Below, one piece after another: positions 59,134 through 64,000 of a stretch of DNA of 64,000 nt. The DNA comes from an uncultured bacterium. Its GTDB lineage: Bacteria; Chloroflexota; UBA5177; JANWHV01. Made by a program: the position numbers and the translations under genes. How positions within the stretch are numbered: position 1 is the stretch's first letter; every line of letters starts with the position of its first letter. The stretch lies in the NCBI GenBank assembly GCA_963729625.1, contig CAVSOU010000010.1, positions 352,001 to 416,000 on the forward strand, read 5' to 3'. The notes beneath the pieces were generated by a model, which saw only the letters and a list, made by a program, of their open reading frames with translations, did not search any database and was not told where the DNA came from.

Positions 59134-59680
59134 GTGTCGAACGTCACACCGAAGTACGGCGAACCGACGGCCTCGACCATCCAGAGCATCTCGTCGGATG
59201 TGTAGTCGCCATGATTCTCGGCAGCCAACCGTATGTCATAGCGCCGCGCCACCTCTACGGCTTCCCCGTACCAGCGGGCCAGTACCTCGAGCCGGGGCCG
59301 GCGGGGCACCGCGCGAAAGTCGCTAGGCCCAGGACCAGGCGTCACGCGCATGACCCGGGCCCCGATCAGCGCGGCATTGCCTATCTGCCGCACCATGTCG
59401 TCGAATGCCTCGCGGTTCGTGCCGTCTTCCAAGCCGAAGGGATGGCCCCAGGCATAGACGCGGTCCAGGCCGTAGCCGTCGAGCTTGGCGCCCAGTGCCT
59501 GCAACCATGAGGCCTCCATGGTGGGCAAGAAGCACGACTCCAGTGACACCCCGTCGACGGCCAGCTCCTCGGCAAAGGCGAGAAAATCATCGAGCGTCAT
59601 GAGCGTGGCGGGTGGCGTCGTTCCCTCGTAGACCTCACCAAAAACCGATGGAAGCAATAGCTGTCGATACCGATTCTCAT
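59134..59680 (-). pseudogene. Sugar-phosphate isomerase/epimerase (xylose-isomerase-like TIM barrel), frameshifted and IS-truncated
   Basis: MRIGIDSYCFHRF, one T missing in a T5 run near 59640, LAAENH, GVTFDT then IS21 end. Confidence 0.85.
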
Positions 59681-59917
59681 ACTACTCTCCTTCGCTGATA
59701 GCTGCTCCGCCTGATGCTTCGCGCCCAAGTTCGCGGTACTGGGACGCAGGATTAGTTCGGCGTCTGGACCTTTGCGCAGCCTGACGGTGTATACAGCGTG
59801 TGTTCCCCGCCGTCCTCGGCGTACCGCAGGTGATCAACCCGGATGGCGTCTTCGGTTGGCAACGACACTTCGGCCGGTACCGCAGGCACATACACGACGC
59901 TCCCCGCACCCATGAGG

Positions 59918-59943
59918 ATTAGTGTGTCACATTAGTGTGTCAC
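59918..59943. repeat. Perfect 13-bp tandem duplication ATTAGTGTGTCAC x2
   Basis: Directly visible in the sequence. Confidence 0.9.
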
Positions 59944-60106
59944 GATGCAGGCTTTGGGCTGGCGAGCTAGCCAGGGTGGACAGCAGCGCTCTCCAGTCTG
60001 GTCCGCAGCACTGGCTGTGGCGAGAAGAGGCAACAGCCGACGGATCCGGCAGAAGGTGCGGTTGTGCAGGTCGCATAAGCGTGTGCTTTCGTCCAGGTGG
60101 AGGGGT

Positions 60107-62602
60107 CTAGCCGACGGTCATCACCCCATCCCCGTCGGAAACAGTGAAGCCCTTCAAATCGCCGCCGAGCACCGCGACGTGTCGGCGCACGCGTCCGGCG
60201 TCGTCCAGCGAGCGGGTGTAGATGCCCCAACCGGCCGAACAGGTGAACAGGACGGCGAAACTGCTCGATTCGAGAGCCGGCTTGAACCGCAGCGTCCTCT
60301 GCTCGACATCGCATGTGAAGCCGCTGAGCGCCGTCAACAGGGCCCAGCTTGCCATGGAACGCGCGTAGTGGTGTCCGCACTCAACCTCATCCCAGGGATT
60401 CCGTCGGCGACCGTCGTACCGATCCCGTACCGCCTTGACCAGCTCAATGCCCGCTTGGACGGCGCCCTCGTAGATGAGGTGCGAGGCAACCTGGTATTCC
60501 GTGCCGCTCCAGACCTCGTCTGAATACACGAAGGGCAGGCGGGGCTGGCCGCCTCGCGGCCAGCTGCAGAGCAGCAGCCCGGACTCGTCGGGCATGACAA
60601 AGGTGCGCTGCAGGTTGACGTACGCGCCCATCGGCCGCCGGAAGTTGAAGCGCCAGACGGAGTCAATCGCGGCGCGCACGTGCTCCGGTGCTGCCAGGTG
60701 CCCAAGCCCGGCGATATGCGCGAGTTGCTGTCCCAGCAGCTGATCGGACAAGCAGCCGTCCCCGAATTGATAGGCATGGGCGTCCACGTCCGCGAGCACC
60801 TGGCGGTAGTACTCACCGTTCCACAACAATTGCTCCACCTGCTCAGCGCCGCGCCTGGCCAGCCGCGCGTACCGCTCCGCGGCTTCGCCGTCGTCAAGCC
60901 GCCAGGCCATGGCTGTGGCCGCCCTCAGCGCGCCCACCATCAGGAACGCCGTCAGCGGGTTCGGACCGAAGAACTCGATGTCGTAGGTGTTATGCTGTTG
61001 TCCATCGGGCAGGCCGTCTCCATCCGTGTCCCAGGTCGCCAGCGCATAAGCAAGCGTCTTCCGCACGTTGGGCCAGAGATCGCGCAGGAACTGCCGGTCA
61101 CCGGTCAGGAGAAACGCGCGCCAAAGCCGCAGCACCATGCCAAGCTGGCCGTCCGCCGCACCTTGGGCAAGGGGAAAGGCACTGCCGAAGGCCGCCTCCG
61201 TGCGGAACCTCATCATACCGTTCGCATCGACCTCATCGAGGTACGCTGTCCGCAGCATGCTGACCTCGAGCGCGGGAAAGAGGTAGGCCAGCGTCTGCGC
61301 GTAGTTCCAGACATGCGTACAGTTTCCATGGCATGATCCGCCGCGGTCGAAGCACCCCTCCCAGCCGAAGAAGCGGCCATCGCTCAACCAGAAGCACGTG
61401 TTGCTGCGCAGGACCGCAATGTTGCTAGAGAGCGCGTCTAGCACGGCCGGCAGCAGCGTGCTGCCAAACAGCGCGTCACGGAATGAGAACGTCGCTTGCT
61501 CCAGACGCCCGATGTGCCCGGCCACATACGCCGCCACTGCCCAGGCGTCGGTAAACCGGCCTGCGTAGCGGATGCGCGTGGTCGGGGACATGCCGGGACC
61601 GGAGCGATCCCACCCATTGACGCGATTAGGGAAGTACCAGCAGAGCAGGAAGGTGACGGTCCGGCATTCGCCTGGGGCAAGGATGAAGGGTGCGCCAAGG
61701 GATCCCGGATCGAGATTCGCCACACGGGGCCCGATGGCCGTCGCCGTGGCTTGCTCGGCAGGAGCGGCCAGCCTGCCGTCCGTCGCGAGATCTACCCAGA
61801 AATCGCGGAGTGCGTCGTACCATCCTGCTCGCTGCCAGGCGACCTTGGCTGTGGTGTCGGTCTCGAGCGTGGCGAGCACTGCATTGCCGAAGGCGAGGTC
61901 GGTTGGGCCGGTTGGCGGGCCTTCGAAGTAGATGCCCCGCAGGCCGTCATCCTGGCGCCACATGTTGCGCGACTCGCCTCTTGGATTGCCGCGCAGATTG
62001 CCGAACTCGTCAACGCCAGCGTAGCCCGCCGGGTTGAGCAGCGTGCCGACCACGGTCGCCTGCACCGGCTGCGGTCCGGGATTGGTGACGCGCCAGCGGA
62101 AGATGATGCACGGCAGGCCGGACTCGTCCGGGTCAAGGGGAACCAGCGGGGTATACGCGAGCAGATGCGCCTCGACCGGAATCTCGGGGTCGCGCAGTGC
62201 CACCTCAGCCACCGGGTACTGGCCGCGGAAACGGCTCTGCGCGAAACGGGGTAAGCCGCCACCATGATTCGGATGGATCCCGTGCGAGGCGGAATAGGGC
62301 GGCGGGATCTGCCCCTCCAACATGCGCGCGACGCTCGCGGTACCGGCCCGCTGCGCCCAGATCGTGAATTGCGTGTAGGGGAGCGTCAAGCCCTTTCTCG
62401 GCTCGTTCCAGATCTCGAAATCCCGCAAGTTACCGCGCGCGCCAAGCGAGATGTTCCCTGTCCCGATGCCTCCCAGGGGGAAAGCAACTTCGGTTGCCGA
62501 CTGGTCCAACCAGCCGGCGCCACCCAGTTCACGCTCATCCGGCATGTGCGCTGACACGCTCGTCTCAACCTTCCGTGCCACACTGGGCACACTTTCGTCC
62601 AT
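60107..62602 (-). CDS. Glycoside hydrolase family 116 (GBA2-like beta-glucosidase/xylosidase)
   Basis: FPLGGIGTG, GWEG....GSCHGNCTHVWNY, HNTYDIEF.G, DQLLGQ, EVWSGTEY and RRNPW.E.ECG.HYAR; start at 62545-62638. Confidence 0.92.
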   Translation of the reverse strand: MDESVPSVARKVETSVSAHMPDERELGGAGWLDQSATEVAFPLGGIGTGNISLGARGNLRDFEIWNEPRKGLTLPYTQFTIWAQRAGTASVARMLEGQIPPPYSASHGIHPNHGGGLPRFAQSRFRGQYPVAEVALRDPEIPVEAHLLAYTPLVPLDPDESGLPCIIFRWRVTNPGPQPVQATVVGTLLNPAGYAGVDEFGNLRGNPRGESRNMWRQDDGLRGIYFEGPPTGPTDLAFGNAVLATLETDTTAKVAWQRAGWYDALRDFWVDLATDGRLAAPAEQATATAIGPRVANLDPGSLGAPFILAPGECRTVTFLLCWYFPNRVNGWDRSGPGMSPTTRIRYAGRFTDAWAVAAYVAGHIGRLEQATFSFRDALFGSTLLPAVLDALSSNIAVLRSNTCFWLSDGRFFGWEGCFDRGGSCHGNCTHVWNYAQTLAYLFPALEVSMLRTAYLDEVDANGMMRFRTEAAFGSAFPLAQGAADGQLGMVLRLWRAFLLTGDRQFLRDLWPNVRKTLAYALATWDTDGDGLPDGQQHNTYDIEFFGPNPLTAFLMVGALRAATAMAWRLDDGEAAERYARLARRGAEQVEQLLWNGEYYRQVLADVDAHAYQFGDGCLSDQLLGQQLAHIAGLGHLAAPEHVRAAIDSVWRFNFRRPMGAYVNLQRTFVMPDESGLLLCSWPRGGQPRLPFVYSDEVWSGTEYQVASHLIYEGAVQAGIELVKAVRDRYDGRRRNPWDEVECGHHYARSMASWALLTALSGFTCDVEQRTLRFKPALESSSFAVLFTCSAGWGIYTRSLDDAGRVRRHVAVLGGDLKGFTVSDGDGVMTVG

Positions 62603-63270
62603 GCTCAGCCGATCGACAGGCGGCCGGTCACTTCTCACTGGGCGAACCGCATCCGGCCAGATTCTAGCACGAACTTCCTGCGCCCGGTCGATACGGACTG
62701 GAGGCGTTCGCCGCCTACGGGACCGCGAACGCGTAGCCCCGGCATGTCGGCTCGGCCATGCACGATGCCAGGAGTACGGCCATGTCGCTGACCGACCTCG
62801 ACGGCGTGGTCATTGCGCAGGCTCCGGCGCCTCGCATGATCTCGACCAGGGCGTCAGCGCGCGCGACTGGAGTCTGTCAAGCCCGATGTGGTCAATCTTA
62901 CCCTTGCGGACATGCCGACGGGCTTCACCCTTAGCCAAGAACAACTTGTGGAACAACAGTCATGCGGCCAGGGACGAAAAGACAACCGTTGCTGCGCTCA
63001 ATCGGGCGGGCCGGACGCTGACATGCCGCGCGATGGGTGCAAGGCACCAGCAGCGATGCGAGTCGGAAAGCTTTGGTGAGCAGACGCGTGTCTAACGGGC
63101 AGCGGGAAGGGCGGCGACGTCCAGGTGCGGCCCGGGAGCGGCCGGGAAGGGCTGGGCGCCAGTCGTGCATGCCGCCAACGCCGACAGCTCGACGGCTATG
63201 TCATGAGGTTCATGCTATAACGGTACCAGCGCATCGCTCACATCCGGAATATTCAAGAGGGGACGAAGAG

Positions 63271-64000
63271 ATGACTCGTGCGGTTGTCGTCAATCCTGAG
63301 GTAGCCGGTCGCCTAGTGCTGGCTGACGTTGGCGATCCCGACCCTGCGCCATCGGAGGCTCTGGTTCGTGTCGCTGCCATTTCGCTCAATCGGGGCGAGG
63401 TGCGCCGCGCCATGAGCGCAGACGCGGGATGGCGGCCGGGCTGGGATCTTGCTGGTACCGTGGAGCGAGCCGCACGTGACGGCTCCGGGCCGCCAGCCGG
63501 CACCCGGGTGGTCGGCTTTCTCGCATCTGGAGCTTGGGCGGAGGCAGCGGCGGTGTCGACGCGCGCCCTCGCGCCACTGCCGGATGCCGTGTCTTTCGCC
63601 CAAGGGGCAACGCTGCCGGTGGCCGGATTGACCGCGCTCTACGCCTTGGAGCAGGCCGGTTCGCTACTGGATCGATCGGTGCTGATCACCGGGGCCACGG
63701 GTGGCGTGGGCTATTTCGCCTGCCAGTTGGCTCACGGGGCTGGCGCCCGCGTCACTGCCGTCGTGCGGCGCCAGGACCAAGTCGGGCTGATACAAGCTAC
63801 TGGCGCGGACCACGTAGTAGTCACCGACGACGCATCAGGAGCGGCGGTGCATGGACCATTCGACCGGGCCCTCGATTCGGTCGGTGGCCGAACCTTGGCC
63901 ACGGTGCTCGCCATGATGGCGCCGGGTGGCACCTGCGTGGCCTTTGGTGCTTCTGACGGGCCTGACGTTCCGTTCAACATCTCGCGTTTTTATGCCACGG
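63271..64000 (+). CDS. Zinc-binding dehydrogenase / quinone oxidoreductase (MDR) family, runs off the window end
   Basis: Read manually from ATG 63271: VRVAAISLNRGE, GWDLAG.V, ATLPVAGLTA and LITGATGGVG; RBS gagggg. Confidence 0.9.
   Translation, partial: MTRAVVVNPEVAGRLVLADVGDPDPAPSEALVRVAAISLNRGEVRRAMSADAGWRPGWDLAGTVERAARDGSGPPAGTRVVGFLASGAWAEAAAVSTRALAPLPDAVSFAQGATLPVAGLTALYALEQAGSLLDRSVLITGATGGVGYFACQLAHGAGARVTAVVRRQDQVGLIQATGADHVVVTDDASGAAVHGPFDRALDSVGGRTLATVLAMMAPGGTCVAFGASDGPDVPFNISRFYAT

Larger units (their letters stand above)
55714..64000. mobile_element. Putative degraded integrative element/genomic island at tRNA-His; right end not seen
   Basis: Integrase abuts the tRNA 3' end; Xis-like HTH, IS21 remnant, pseudogenes and carbohydrate cargo follow; extent is inferred. 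Confidence 0.6.

Noticed and set aside
55714-64000. Second copy of the tRNA-His or tRNA-Arg 3' end as the distal att site
   Set aside because: None found by eye; the boundary is beyond the window, deleted, or too short to see (serine-integrase cores are short)

Overview
GC-rich bacterial chromosomal window, probably from a monoderm Chloroflexota-like organism (inferred from gene style, not proven). Positions 1-55.5 kb are mostly core genome with dispersed cell-surface glycan genes: seven GT4s, a CgeB-like GT, a GT2, two GT-C-like membrane proteins, an O-antigen-ligase/TPR protein, WecA/TagO, a UPF0104 flippase-like protein, UDP-GlcA decarboxylase and an LCP protein. Housekeeping genes are interleaved (glgP, hppA, tatD, hisZ-like/hisG, yvcK, def, ndk, lipA, proline dehydrogenase, aroEKB, mscS), along with several Pro/Thr-rich secreted proteins. 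tRNA-Arg(UCU) and tRNA-His(GUG) at 55.6 kb are followed by a decaying integrated element: a large serine recombinase that stops inside tRNA-His, a coupled Xis-like HTH gene, an IS21 remnant, pseudogenes and a GH116. Best leads: (1) a Rad52/DdrA-like gene with a LexA-type box filling its promoter spacer; (2) the serine-recombinase/tRNA-His module; (3) a possible surface or protein glycosylation system with candidate acceptors; (4) two apparent pseudo-enzymes. About five small indels suggest either gene decay or assembly errors. All assignments come from motif recognition by eye; no searches were run.
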